Assembly: GCA_963845065.1 (NCBI GenBank)
Contig: CAWJQQ010000001.1
Location: forward strand, 960,001-1,024,000
Direction: 5' to 3'
Length of the DNA: 64,000 nucleotides
From: Nitrospirota bacterium
Lineage (GTDB): Bacteria; Nitrospirota; UBA9217
Positions 63,369 through 64,000 of this stretch are shown piece after piece; within the stretch, counting starts at the first letter, position 1; every line of letters starts with the position of its first letter. A program made the translations under genes and the position numbers. The notes below the pieces were generated by a model. It ran no database searches, had not been told where the DNA came from, and was given only the letters and a program-made list of their open reading frames with translations.

Positions 63369-64000
63369 ATGATCGTTACGTGCGATTGCGGCGCAAAACT
63401 CAAGATTGACGATGCGAAGCTTGCAGGTAGACGCATAAAAGTTCGTTGCCCGCGGTGCGGTAATGTACTGCCGGTGCAGAGTCCTTCACAGTCATTACCA
63501 GCGGAGTCGACCATCACAGGAAAAGCGCTGCGTCCTGCCCAGAACCCGTCAGGACCTTTAGTGCTGGTCGCCCATGACAGTGATGTGGTCAGGAATACGG
63601 TATGTGAAGTCTTGATCGGTGCAGGGTTTCAGGTTGATACAGCCGCTAACGGAATGGAAGCGCTTACCAAGGCGACTCAGATGATTCCCAGTGGTCTGGT
63701 GCTTGATGTGGGACTTGCCGGCAGTATTTACGGTTTCGAGGTCTGTGAACGGCTGAAGAATAGCCCAAAAACCAGCGGGATTAAAATTGTCCTGCTGTCC
63801 TCCGTATACGACATGCGACGGTATAAACGAACACCGATTAGCCTCTATGGTGCCGACGATTATATTGAGAAGCATCACATTCCGGACTTCCTGCCGAAGA
63901 AATTGCTCAGGCTCATATTCCCTGAAGAATTTGGAAATAAACAACCAAAGAGTACTATCCCGGGCCGTGAAGAACTTCCCGAAATGTCCAGACCACCGGC
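63369..64000 (+). CDS. MJ0042-type zinc ribbon + response-regulator receiver protein; 3' truncated
   Basis: MIVTCDCGAKLKI...VRCPRCG; LVAHDS...LVLDVGL...GFEVC...GADDYIEK; SD GGAGGAG; absent from ORF track because it runs off the window. Confidence 0.85.
   Translation, partial: MIVTCDCGAKLKIDDAKLAGRRIKVRCPRCGNVLPVQSPSQSLPAESTITGKALRPAQNPSGPLVLVAHDSDVVRNTVCEVLIGAGFQVDTAANGMEALTKATQMIPSGLVLDVGLAGSIYGFEVCERLKNSPKTSGIKIVLLSSVYDMRRYKRTPISLYGADDYIEKHHIPDFLPKKLLRLIFPEEFGNKQPKSTIPGREELPEMSRPP

Noticed and set aside
63558..63944. 128-aa minus-strand ORF
   Set aside because: Antisense to the zinc-ribbon/receiver gene starting at 63369

Overview
64 kb of bacterial chromosome with no rRNA, tRNA or CRISPR seen. 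Gene content and order suggest an anaerobic Nitrospirota/Desulfobacterota-like organism (inference). Core blocks: a yceD-rpmF-plsX-fabH...fabG-acpP-fabF-rnc fatty-acid operon; bioA; degQ; yebC-ruvCAB-queH-spoIID; xerD; a DHH-CBS-tRNA nucleotidyltransferase; queA; pheST. An accessory stretch (~34.8-49.9 kb) carries an NHEJ operon with two Ku genes and a split LigD, one intact and one decayed IS481-like element, and a YkuD-MurC fusion. Most notable: (1) an acyl-CoA dehydrogenase/EtfB/ferredoxin-EtfA trio with electron-bifurcation signatures sits between fabH and fabD, with no enoyl-ACP reductase in the operon; (2) fabD is frameshifted and substituted at conserved sites; (3) a signal-peptide-less L,D-transpeptidase-family domain is fused to a MurC/Mpl-like ligase; (4) PheRS has archaeal-type architecture; (5) an ORF-less group II intron; (6) an unassigned structured leader with terminator before cooT; (7) a B12-radical SAM/type III PKS pair; (8) several probable leaderless genes. 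All calls come from motif recognition by eye; no database searches were run.
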